This document shows positions 12,538 through 23,100 of a DNA stretch of 49,587 nucleotides, in pieces. Numbering within the stretch: position 1 is the stretch's first letter; every line of letters starts with the position of its first letter. The translations under genes were made by a program, and so were the position numbers. This DNA comes from Phoronis australis. Lineage: Eukaryota; Animalia; Phoronida. The stretch spans positions 43,176 to 92,762 of the forward strand of contig NMRA01000888.1 of assembly GCA_002633005.1 (NCBI GenBank), given 5' to 3'. The notes below the pieces were generated by a model. That model was not told the origin of the DNA. It saw only the letters and a program-made list of their open reading frames with translations, and searched no databases.

Positions 12538-12891
12538 AGGAGAATGCCACCCGATTTAATTAGACTTTTTTACCTTCTTAATCGGTTTATATCCACATCG
12601 CTTTATACGGTCGACCTCACCTTGCCGAGAGGTGTCGCGTTAACATGTGAGGAAGGTGAGAAACGACGCTGCGACGTCAGTGGTTCATCTGCAGAGTGAA
12701 TGCCGCTATGCGGTGCATCATTCCCGCTTCATAGTGTCCGAACTATCGGAAGCTGCGAAGAACTGAAGCGGGTATATCGTTTTTTCGACTTCCTCGAGAG
12801 CCCGAAATGCTTAGGAAGTGGCTGGTGGTAGTGAAGAATGAAAGGTACGCTGTTATAGTAAGTACGAGGCCATGAAACATCTCCGTGTCTG
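12538..12891 (+). mobile_element. Truncated second copy of the Kolobok left end with a frameshifted THAP
   Basis: TTAA|AGGAGAATGCCACCCGATTT; aligns with 14279-~14621 with substitutions and small indels. Confidence 0.85.
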
Positions 12892-13223
12892 CAGTGGCTC
12901 TCTATATTCGCATCGACTACCCTCAGCAACCATATATATTATCAGTCGTCAGCTCTCGCTACAATTACAGGAGTATAACGTGGAATGCTGAGTGTTCTGT
13001 AACTGTTCAATACAATATTCTCCCATCATTTCTTGATACATTGGCAATTATTAAGCTTTACTTCTTGAGTTCCTTATCTCCCGGCGTCGGAAAATGTCTC
13101 AAGAAATTTGAAACAGCTTAGCCAAAGAAAGTCAGTCGGCCTGAGTGGAGCAGCCAAAATCTCAGTGTCTGATTTAGTCAGGGGTCATTCTCCCCGGCCC
13201 ACAAAGGCTTCACTCATTACTCC

Positions 13224-13543
13224 TGTTAGAGTATATCTCATATCCGAGTGAGTGCATGTGTAGAGAATAAGTGTTACGTAATACACCCCAACATGAGGAA
13301 TTGTAGTAAACATGTTTGTTCAGTATATCCTGTTGTTATTCATGTAAGTCACTATATAAGTGTATGATCCCATGGATTGTAACAGACTCAGTAGTATCAG
13401 TAGAAGAGTATGTAATAAAACTATATTATCCTCCATCAGACTAGTTATCCTTCGATCTAGCTGGACCGCGTTCTCGCACTTGGTCGCGCATTCAACGTTC
13501 CTAACCGAACAGAATGCCTTTCACTGCTAGCACATGATCAACA
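13224..13543 (+). mobile_element. Solo LTR (320 bp)
   Basis: TGTT...AACA termini; 5-bp TSD ACTCC at 13219-23 and 13544-48; internal TATATAA (~13353) and AATAAA (13414-19). Confidence 0.8.
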
Positions 13544-14450
13544 ACTCCTAAAATTGTCATGGTCACAGTCAACGATTGACGGCATATTGAAATTATATTT
13601 TTCATTAACCCAGTGGTGGGCCGGTGACCCCGATACGGGAGTCGGGTACCACATCAAAGGCCTGCTGAACCAACATTTTTAAGGGAGTGAGTTCGAATTG
13701 CTCATTTTCACTGACGGGAGGTCGAATTTCAAAAGTTTATACCTTAATTGCCTGCGGTGGTGTTCTTTTCTAGTCCAGTTGTCCACGTCAGCCCCGCTCC
13801 GAGTCGTTGGGCCGCAGTTGTTTCACTGGTCAACCCCTGTTCTCTCTTGCATAGAACCCATTGCCGTGTAGGCCTATGCTGATGTCAAAACTTTGATACT
13901 GTATCTTTGCATTTTACCGGGATTTATCAAGTTTACAGCTGACATTTGGCGCGTGAGTTAAAAACACTACATGTAGTACACTACAGGCAGGCATCCATAG
14001 TTCATCCGTGGACGGGACGATCAAGACGTCTACTCATAAATCGGCAAAAAAGTCTGGAATATCATTCGGGGATTGAGGAATTATCGATGACTAAACTATT
14101 ATGTGAAATCTAGACAGGGGGAAGCAAATTGTTTTCATTAACTTTCCTTGGGAAACCGTACAAACCGTTGCACACGCTTTTAGGCATACAAACTATCCCA
14201 GAATGCAACAGAGAGGAACTGGTGTGGGCATGCCCATTGAGATTTGCACATTCGCTATTGGGGCTTTTAATAAGTTAAAGGAGAATGCCACCCGATTTAT
14301 TTAGTTTTTTACCGTCTTAATTGGTCTATATCCACATCGCCTCGGTCGACCTCACCTTGCCGAGAGGTATCGCGTTAACCCGTGAAGAAGGTGAGAAACG
14401 ACGCAGCGACGTCAGTGGTTCGTCTGCAGAGTGAATGCCCTGCTATATTG

Positions 14451-14650
14451 CGGTGCATCGCTCCCGCTTGTCCGAACTATGAAGCTGCGAAGAAAGCGGG
14501 TATATTGTTTTTTCGACTTCCTCGAGAGCTCGAAATGCTTAGGAAGTGGCTCGCGGTAGTAAAGAATGAAAGGTACGCTGTTAATAGCAAATATGAGGCC
14601 ATGAAAGATCTCCGTGTCTGTGGCCGGCATTTCGTCGACAGTCATTTCCC
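14451..14650 (+). pseudogene. THAP domain remnant of the Kolobok transposase
   Basis: RCIAPAC...FFRLP...RKWL...LRVCGRHF, a full C2CH THAP signature; the nearest ATG (14435) is out of frame. Confidence 0.85.
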
Positions 14651-14674
14651 TGACGAATTCTGGCTTACCAAAGA

Positions 14675-14845
14675 ACTATCCATATGTTCCGTTGCCTGTG
14701 CATGTTCACGCTGCCTCTCTAGTATTTCTTGGTCAGTGTATTCCGGTTCGAACTGATAGCCTTTGAAATCTAACGATCCGACCCGTGAAGTCTTTGTCTG
14801 ATGAGCTCTTGACTAAGTCGGGATTGGCGCCGGGCGAGTTGCCAT
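14675..14845 (-). pseudogene. N-terminal remnant of a KolX-like accessory protein
   Basis: MATRPAPIPT*SRAHQTKTSRVGSLDFKGYQFEPEYTDQEILERQRE; the YxFEP motif plus acidic tract resembles KolX N-termini; in-frame TAG at 14815-13. Confidence 0.6.
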
Positions 14846-16249
14846 GTAGACGTTTATTTTCTGCGTTCTGGTTCAAAATGAATTGTTCTCATCCTAACCA
14901 AAACTTATATAAAAAACTGAAACAAAGTCTGTCTCATTGCGATACAATTTGTAATGGATTTGCAGTATTCGTGAGTGCAAATGTTGAGAAGCCAGCAATG
15001 AATAAACCACTGCCTTACCGGCTTTTGATGCCGGCAATAAAGGTAACTGACCGGGCACCGAGGCCGTGTGAGCCCATGATAATTGAGTGTTTACTGGCAG
15101 AAAATGTAGTGAAACAATTGCTCGATTTTATATGCTATGGTCATATGTTAGGGGAATCTTTATTTAGAAATACAAATACATCATTCAAATCATTATTACT
15201 GTACAGCTCTTGCCCTGACGGTCTGTGGAAGGGGAACATGACTTCGCGACAACCTACAAGTAAGTAGATTTTCAGTTTCGTGGCTAATTCACATAAATAA
15301 TTACGTGCACATTATTTCTTTGGCTCGTTATTATAGTTTTTTTCGTGACTGCAGATTTAGTTTCCAGCTCAAGCTGGTTTATGTTCTTGCCATGCAGTCC
15401 CGGCGGCCGCGACGGGCCTGATCGGGTTCCGAGCCACTGGTCGGGATAACGAGTCAGTCTGGTCGCGACGGGCCTGATCGGGTTCTGAGCCACTGGCCGG
15501 GATAACAAGCGTTTTGTGTGTTTAGAACTAAAAAAATCACAAGTATAAACAACACAGATCTAGGTTCTCCTGTCTGTATTTCACGGAAGGATACTTCAAA
15601 TTTATCTCCGAACAGACCCCAAACTCCTGCTGCGACCTTGGTAAATTGACCTGCCGAACTTTGTAGGCGTGTCCAAATACTAATAAATCCGTAAAAGCGA
15701 AATAAATCGACAAGGTTTATATAAAAACTCGATCGGTGTATTTTCAAGTGTTTTACATCGAAGTTTGATGATTTATTGGTGTTAAACGATGAATTAAAGT
15801 GATAAGCTGACATCAGTAACCCGTGTTGTGAACTACTGAACAGACTGCGTGTGAAACCAATGACGTCTTTGGATAATTTCAACACCTCCGTCTGCCGTCA
15901 GGTAACGCAACAGAACGTGCCGTTATCGAGTAGAACTACTGGATCTAAATTGATACAAAAAAGGTTGTTTTTTGGGTGGCATGTTCCTTTAAGGTAATAA
16001 CGAGGAATTATGTAGAAGTTCTAATTACGCTAGAAAATGTATCTCATTTATAAAAGTTAATAGTTTAATTTGACAAATTATTTTAATAATTTGAGTTATT
16101 AAAATTAAAAAAAATAAAATTCCATGAATAACTCTGTCAGTCGATTTCATAAAGGTGGTTTAAAGTTAGACCAGGTTTAAAGATAATCTGCATTTCATAA
16201 TGGTGATTCAACTTTTAGACCAGTGGTCTAGTAAAACCTGGTTTAACTC

Positions 16250-16385
16250 CAGGGGGGGGGGGCGGTCAAGGACTTTTTGGAAGGGGGGACCAAGTCAACA
16301 ATTTGAAAATTATAGATTTGATATCACTAAAATCAAGGGAAAAAAGGGGGCTCTGGACCCCTTTACCCCCCTGGATCCGCCTATG
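16250..16385. mobile_element. Short GC-ended MITE (CAGGG...CCTGGATCCGCCTATG)
   Basis: Termini resemble a common invertebrate MITE type; related ends at ~12453 and ~205-228. Confidence 0.55.
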
Positions 16386-16745
16386 CGTAGACCAGTACGT
16401 GCTGGAGTGTGTCCTTTGGATTCCTCAGGATACCCTGACGATTAGTCGAGCTGAGCGTCATCGTCGTAAGCTCTGAAGGATTTGACTTAAGACAGCATCT
16501 TCTGATTCTTCTGAGTTCCACCTCCACTGTTCTCCGATTTAATGTTGCCGGGAAGGGGTCTTGCCCCCCTTTTGGCCGCGAAAAATAAACACTAAAATGA
16601 CACGGAAATAAATTTGAGCACTTATCATGTTACATCTAATCATGAACATGTTCTTTAATGTGTGTGTGTGTGTGTTGGGCACAGAAATTAAATTTTTCCT
16701 CATGAGAAAAGATTTTAAACCTTTTTCGTAACTGTCTGCGCCAAT

Positions 16746-17105
16746 AGCGGATTTGCAGCGACGCCATATTGAAATTAGGTTAAAATGGTGCATTGTGGGT
16801 GCTGTGGTCAGGATTCCTAAAGCAGCCATTTATCAAGCATAATACGCGGTATGAGCGCGAAGAAAACTTACACTTGTTGTGTTCCTGGCTGCTTCCAAAA
16901 CAACAAGAGAGATAAAAATCTAAGTTTTTATGTGTTCCCTGCAAACCAAGAACTTCNCATGGTTTTTAGTTTGCAAATCACTCCAAATGCACACACTATC
17001 CAGCCTCCACAAGACATGCCTGACCACAAGCTATCCCATGAGCCTTCGCGCAGGAAGTAACTCGCACATGCGCAATGCGTAGTTCGTTTACGCTGCAAAT
17101 CCGCT
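16746..17105 (+). mobile_element. ISL2EU-like THAP-bearing DNA transposon; interior lost at the N at 16957
   Basis: Perfect 15-bp TIR AGCGGATTTGCAGCG / CGCTGCAAATCCGCT flanked by AT on both sides. The ORF at 16851 ([14 protein letters not shown]...LSFYVFP) is the N-terminal half of a THAP domain. Confidence 0.7.
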
Positions 17106-19943
17106 ATTCTACTAGTGTATGCCATTGTATACCCACGTGATCAAGGTTTCATTGAAGCACTTCAATAGTTTCTTTGTTGGGTTTACCTAGCTCGACACAG
17201 TGGAGTGTCTTTGATACTTTAAATCTGGTTTTACTGAACCAGCTCCCTGGTCTAGCAAAACCAGGCTTTCAGACTCTTAAACCATGTTGGTGAAATGCAA
17301 GTCAGGTCCAAAATTAGACAAGGTTTAGGAAGACCAGGTTTAAGTCTTAAACCAAGTTTCATTGTTAAACCACCTTTGTGAAATCGGCTGCGTATGTCTT
17401 ACACGGTCTCAATCTCATGCATAACGATATCCGCTCTTCCACACGCGCCACTTACCATGCATTTACACATTACGGGGGAGGGGGGAAATGACCGCTTGGC
17501 ATAACATAGTTACGTACTGAGACATTTTTTGATAATGTTGTGCAATGTATACCGTGCGTCACGTACAACGTATTACTAGTCAACTTGGTATAGGGATTAT
17601 GGATATTGCTACAGATCAGTAATCAGTACACAAGAAGTTGATAAAAACAAAAAGGGCCTTTCATTATTATTTTCTAGAGTGTACAAAATGTTCTCCTCAG
17701 TCAGAGACAAGGACTCAAGGCTTCTTCCTAGCCTAGACTTTTATTGTCACAAAAATGGGAATGTCAAATGGAAAAACTTTAAGTATTACTTGGGTGCAGA
17801 ACCAGCGTCGTCACACTCGGGGCAGACCCATAGATGCTTCTAAACTCTTCAAGGGTCATTACAAAATAAGGGCTTAATATACTGGGGTTAAATTTATTGT
17901 CATAAAAACACTGAAAGACGCCAATTTGAGCTTTAAACACAGTACAACCCACTTCATAAAGCCCTGGTAAGTACGACATTGCTTTACTTTCAACACTATT
18001 GTCCAAATAAAAAGTTTTAACTTACTATAATCCTGCTGATTTATTTGATAACAATTAATGTATTATGTACAAAATTACACCATAGTGTAAATGTAGCAGC
18101 ATATGACAACAGTAGGCAATTGTTTTCAGAATATATCTACACACATATACAAACACAACTATGTTACAAATTGCACATCTTTAGTGACAAACCTGCACAT
18201 ATCCAATCCTAAATGAAGAGGACAACTAAAACTTCAATACTTCTCCCAAGTAGGACTGAATACTCGAAACCTTTCTTGTTTAATGAAAGCATAAGTCATC
18301 AAGAAATTTGACACAAGATTTTAGACCCATTTCGTTGAAGAGTTTGATTGTTACATAGAGCAAGCCCTCATGTTTGCAGTCCATATCATACCTCCTGTTT
18401 CTGACACTGACAGTGTAGACCCACAGCTAATAAGTTCAGCAAATATCAAAAAGCAAATACTCTACAGCAAAATTTGGACAAACCAACAAACATTAAATTT
18501 TTTGTCTGACCATTTTGGCACACTCCTTTCCAAACTGACAAGACAACTAATTAAAGAAACATCATCCGCGAGAAAAGTGGTTTTCCGAGATCAACCCTAA
18601 CGTGGAATCAAACTCAAAACTTCAGAGAATGCAGCCCAACAATTTACTGGTGGAGCTAAATCTCACTAATTAAATGGCAGAGTATTGTAAGCATATTTAA
18701 CTAGTTAAGTCACCGGCCCTGATGTCAGTGAACGACTGGCAATGGTGAGAATTGGCCATTTTCAATAAAGCCACAAAAACAACATTTTCTTGTTTTATAT
18801 CTCTGGTCTAAGCTAACAACTTCAAGAAGTCGATGCCATCTAAAAAAACCCAAAATGCAGCTTTTTGGCTTTAAAACTGAGCACGTCCCATTAACCGTAT
18901 TTCCAACCACGTGTCTATGTCACTGAATACTCTCCACAATTGGTTTATATATAAATCCTAAGATATGCTTGTCTTTGAAAGCTACAGGTTCATCAGTATT
19001 TAAACTTAAAAAATAGGATTGGCAGTAAACATAACATTTGAATATGAAACCTGCTAAGTTATTCTGCATTCTTCTATTGTTCCTATTTAACACCAGAAAA
19101 CAACATGATGCAAATTATTCCTGTAATAAATAGAATCAAGTTTGGAGCCTATAGCCTCCAGGATATGCACAACAATCAGCTATTGAAAAACATCGCCTTA
19201 CAAAAAATGTCAGAATCAGAATGCGAATTCTTGGATAACTTTGCAGCTGAAACGTGAAAACCCACCACTAAGCCTTCTGACAGTGTTTCATACACGAAAA
19301 TCCAACGTAGAAAGCTAAACGGATATAATATTAATCAAGGCCAAAATGCTACTGGCAAAACCACTTCAGTGCTGACCCTTGCATATTGCATTAAACAACA
19401 TGGCGTCATGAACAAGTATTCACCCATAATTCATTAGAGCCTTGAACAATGCCAGTACATACTGTAAGCCAACTGAACACCATAAGCAGCAACACCATCC
19501 TGCTTCCACCAAAAGTTTTCCTGAGGCCTGTCTTATGAAAATGACACAAGACTTGAGACTGAAATATGGTCTTATGCTCCAACTTCACGTAGGTGAATAA
19601 AGGTTTAACCAAGTAATTATGGGCGCACCACAGTCTAGAACTAATTTATAGAAATTATCTTAGAAACTATCAGTTATGTGTATATTCTCAGACACTTTGC
19701 CTTTTTGCTCAAGTGAGATTTAATTATTTTTCAGAAATAGTTGTGTCGTAAGTCTTAACTCACTTTTCATGAAGCACAGTCCTGGTATCCTCATGTCAAT
19801 CTATTATGTAACTGACAGCTTGAATATGACACCATTCTGTACTATTTCAAGCAGAGCAGACGATTATTCCACTTAGACGAGTATTATTGATATCCAAGTC
19901 ACTCAAAGGGTAACTTGACCTCTCACTTGAACTGACACGTAAA

Positions 19944-20196
19944 TCACAGTTTCGTTATACTGATCAGAGTTGGGTAAAGATGTGTCTGACGCACTAGTTC
20001 CACAGTCCTGCTCTGGTCATCTGCCATGACACCTGCGGTCACATGAACGGAGCCCAGGTTGTACACGCCTGGCCTACAGAAGCTAGCGCGGAATTCTAGT
20101 GTCCTCGACTCCTTGGAGTCCAGCACGATTCTCCGAGACACCTGACCACACCAGCTGAATTTATCTAAATGAGTCACTGCGGGCTCAGTACAATCA
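19944..20196 (-). CDS. TRAPPC8: TRAPPC8 last coding exon
   Basis: DCTEPAVTHLDKFSWCGQVSRRIVLDSKESRTLEFRASFCRPGVYNLG...PTLISITKL*. Confidence 0.94.
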
Positions 20197-23100
20197 CTGA
20201 AACAGTAAAACATACATTAGGATGACCAAGTCTAACATTACCTTCTGGCTGTAGATAAAAACAAAGGCAAAACTATTCATCGTCTATGTTTTAATTACAA
20301 AATTTTCATGAGCAATGTCAACAAGCAGAGAAAGCACCAAAAATACGAGTACAGTCAAGTAATATTGAAATGTATTTATTGTACAATTATTAGCGGATGG
20401 AGATAAGAAACATTGCTTTAAATTCTTAAGAAAATCCAGGAAAGAAATATAGTTTTCCGTATCATACATTGATTAGCTTTTGTTTCCATACCCCAAAATA
20501 TGATAATGGTCGAGGTGGTGCAGAGGTGATAATCAAACACCAGTAAAAAATATATACGTGACCAGGTATCGCCACTTCTCTCTAATACACATCTCAGAAT
20601 ACAATAAGCCGCGCGTGTACTTCCTCCATACATTTTGTACACACACCTCGGTAGAAAGAATCTTAAGATACTGGAACACTGAACTAGCTTCTATTGTGTG
20701 GAGTAGGGCAATTACCCTAATAGTGATGACTTCAGGGCAACAAAACACTGGCTGAAATGAACTAAACTATAGTGGACCGTAACTGGTCATTTTTCAATCT
20801 GCCTTCTGAAATTGAATTATCAGCGAAAAGTTGTGTTGAAATTGTATTGTCTGAAGAAATGTGATAAATATTAGCCAAAAAACGATGTTATAATTCCTGT
20901 TTTGTTGACCAAGGGACAAGGCCAATGCACATCATTGGTTTATGACTTATGAGATCTCATGTAATAAGTGTTGAAATTGTATTGTCTGAAGAAATGTGAT
21001 AAATATTATCCAAAAATGATGTTATAATTCCTGTTTTGTTGACCAAGGGACAAGGCCAATGTACATCATTGGTTTATGATTTATGAGCTCTAATGTAAGA
21101 ACTCCACGGTTCACAACAGACTAAATACACTAGGGTTGGTGTCTTGATCATGGAAACCATTTTGTTCTGGAGTTGAAACTGTACAGGGGATATTGATAAT
21201 GGTAAACGGGATTAGTAAAGAAGTGGTAATGCATCTGACCCTTGTGTAAAACAAATACCCAAGTCACAGTCTGTTGTTTCATTACCTGTGGTGTCCTAAT
21301 TGAACTTTGACCTGTAGCTGTGACTGACTACAGTTTTCTAAAATCACATGAATCGGCACATGGCAAAGCCTGTAAAGAAAGGATGAGTGAGTCAATTCAA
21401 CCAGTCAATACACAGTGACCGAACAAGAGAAACCAAAGATTATTCAAAGACAAGCAACATAGGACCTGTTAAAAGTCTGGGCCCTAACAAATGCTAACTA
21501 AATAATGCAGTAATAGACTTGGGTTTGATGGGAAATGCATTGATTTTATTGTGGCACATTGGCTCTCACTTTTGATTGGACATGACTGTTTTAAACTAAA
21601 TGTTAAATCAAACAATTAAGTCATGCTTGCTGTCCTATAAATAACGGACTATAACAAACTTTACCTGTTTTTGCTGAAATTATGTGACACCTGTGGGGAG
21701 CATCTGACATTAGCGTTCACAAATTTCTCGAGATTTTTCAACTGTGCCTCCTGCTTCTTGCTAGTGTCTACAGGGTCTTTGATTATCCTCAGTGGGCCTG
21801 ACTCAATAGCTTTCTGTTGAATATGAAAGGTGTAAACTGTCACAGACTAGTACTGTTGAGGAATAGGTGTCTGACAATGAACTGTGACCAGAGAGGTGTC
21901 TGACAATGAACTGATACTGATCCAGATCATAACCAAAGGGGGCCTGACAATGAACCAACATGAGGTACTCGATATTCCTTCTTTACATCAACTCAATAGC
22001 AGTCTGGCGAGGGAGTTCCAAACTGGCAGAACTCCTGCTTGTGATACTGTAACATTTATTAAATTCAAACAAGAGCAACGCAGAGCGTTGAAATGCACCC
22101 ACAATTGCACCGTATACGGTATCCTTCTAGGATTGTTTATTGGTACCATAAAGTGGCCAGTAGAGGGCATATATGTAGTATGTTGTACTTTGCAAAATGG
22201 AAAGGGATGGTCATTGTCTCCTCAATAGGCTAGGGGCAAAATGTGAATGATCTTCATAATACAAGCACATCCTATACATCAGTTGCTTAAAGCACCACAG
22301 AAACATAGAATTAAAAACAAATTTACCAACATACGAGATTAGTACAGCATTAGAATGCCAGAAACAAATTTCTACTTGGAACTTTTCCTTCATACTCACG
22401 AAGTAACACAAAGTATACACCTGAAGACCTATGAAAATACAGAGGTCAATGTAAAATACTTAAATTGCCACTAGAGGCATACCGGTAGTCAGAATCATCC
22501 TAAAGTCGTCATTGTCCGTTGTCAACATCACATAAATACACTTGCTAAATTTAATAAAGATCCTGCAAACGGTTTGGGAGATACAGCCATGGGCGCAAAA
22601 AAAAAACTGCCACTAGGAGGCGCCACAGTAATCAAAGTCATGAGAAATTCAGCGTCAACCGTCCTGTTCATAGTAAGAACATACATGCCAATTTTCACAA
22701 TCATACTTATAGTGGTTTGGTTGATAGAGGGGTGGACGCCAAAAAACAGACTCAAAAACAGTAAAAATGGCCACTGGGTGTCGCAAACTAATAAAATTGA
22801 CACTAGGGGGCACACCGGTAGTCGGATCCGTCCAAAAGTCGTCATCTTCTATTGTTAACATCATATAAATACACTTACACAATTTTGTAAAGATCCTGCG
22901 AACGGTTTAGGAGATACAGCCATAGGCTTAAAAAAACAAAACTGCAACTAGGAGGCGCCACAGTAGCCGAAATAGTCGGAAAATCATCGTCAACCGTCCT
23001 CTACATAGTAAGCATATACATGTCAATTTTCACAATCATCCTTTGAGCGGTTTGGTTGATAGAGGGGTGGACGCACAAAAACAGACTTGAAAACACTAAA

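Larger units (their letters stand above)
14279..15988 (+). mobile_element. Non-autonomous Kolobok DNA transposon (internal deletion derivative)
   Basis: TTAA on both sides (14275-78, 15989-92). TIRs AGGAGAATGCCACCC / GGGTGGCATGTTCCT match 13/15. THAP remnant on + and a KolX-like GYQFEPEY start on -. Confidence 0.85.
16138..17390. mobile_element. TIR element (MITE, possibly Harbinger-like) hosting nested insertions
   Basis: CAGTCGATTTCATAAAGGTGGTTTAA at the left end matches the reverse complement of TTAAACCACCTTTGTGAAATCGGCTG at the right end (24/26); internal AGACCAGGTTTAA-type subrepeats. Confidence 0.7.

Noticed and set aside
14785-15885. ORFs of 160 aa (+) and 143 aa (-) inside the Kolobok element
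   Set aside because: Non-ATG starts and no motifs; the informative frames are the THAP (+) and the YQFEP remnant (-).
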